Source: Podarcis pityusensis (Eukaryota). From it: 64,000 bases of DNA. Location of the stretch: NCBI GenBank assembly GCA_964106645.2, contig OZ067045.1; one strand, written 5' to 3'. A program made the position numbers and the translations under genes. Of the stretch, positions 63,427-64,000 are shown piece after piece (the first letter of the stretch is position 1; every line of letters begins with the position of its first letter). Below the pieces are notes generated by a model that did no database searches, was not told where the DNA came from, and saw only the letters and a program-made list of their open reading frames with translations.

Positions 63427-64000
63427 GCAAGTGGCCTTTTTGTTGCCTTTGTTAAGCAGCACAGTGCCAGGGGCTTTGGGCTTAGCAGGTCCAGATCTCA
63501 AACCTCCCACCACTGTCAACTTGGATACAAAAAGCTTGAAGTTTCATTGTTATCAGTTGACCAAGAGAGATGCAGATGATGAATGAGCATCTTTTGCTCC
63601 AGCTGGGGAGAGGGGCTGCTTTGGGAGCAGGCCCTGTGCCTTTTAAGAAGGCTCCTGTTCTTCCTGCTGACCTTGGGCAGCCAACACATCCCTTTATTCA
63701 GGCCAAAATATTTGAAACTCAGGGTGGGGGTGGGGAGTCTGCAGTAGGAATACATTCCACAAGTTGGTTATGATGGTGTAATCAGCAGCATCTCACCTTC
63801 CCATGCTGGAAGGAGAGGGCTTCCACACAGTCTTGCTCTACCTGACAAGGAAGTAGCCCAGAACCATTCTCAGCAGTGGGGTGGGTGGCAGGACTGTGAC
63901 CTGCAAGGAGATCCCGTAACTCAAGATGTGACACAGGCTCAGAATAGGCATTCACATTCTCTCTTGTGGATGCCATTCCTACTAGCGGAGGCTGCCTGCT

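Overview
Eukaryotic (vertebrate) genomic DNA, almost certainly from a squamate and probably a lacertid lizard, judged by its repeats: a full-length Sauria SINE, BovB and CR1 3' ends, L2 fragments, and Tc1/mariner and hAT MITEs. Three spliced protein-coding genes were reconstructed by hand from splice signals and recalled homology to the human proteins. (1) GARRE1/KIAA0355 (+): 13 coding exons, 17170-40252, about 1062 aa; its promoter is upstream of the window. (2) SS18L2-like (-): 3 exons, 48571-46507, 79 aa; not recovered by the ORF track. (3) KATNB1, katanin p80 (+): 15 coding exons from 51508, truncated by the window end. SS18L2 and KATNB1 share a bidirectional CpG-island promoter. Almost all other ORF-track entries are spurious. 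I found no convincing new multi-gene system. The best leads are the GARRE1-SS18L2-KATNB1 gene order (three separate human loci), three GC-AG introns, a uORF-rich GARRE1 leader with a weak first ATG, alternative RNA stems overlapping miRNA seeds in the GARRE1 3' UTR, and a GC-rich palindromic MITE 50 bp from a KATNB1 acceptor.
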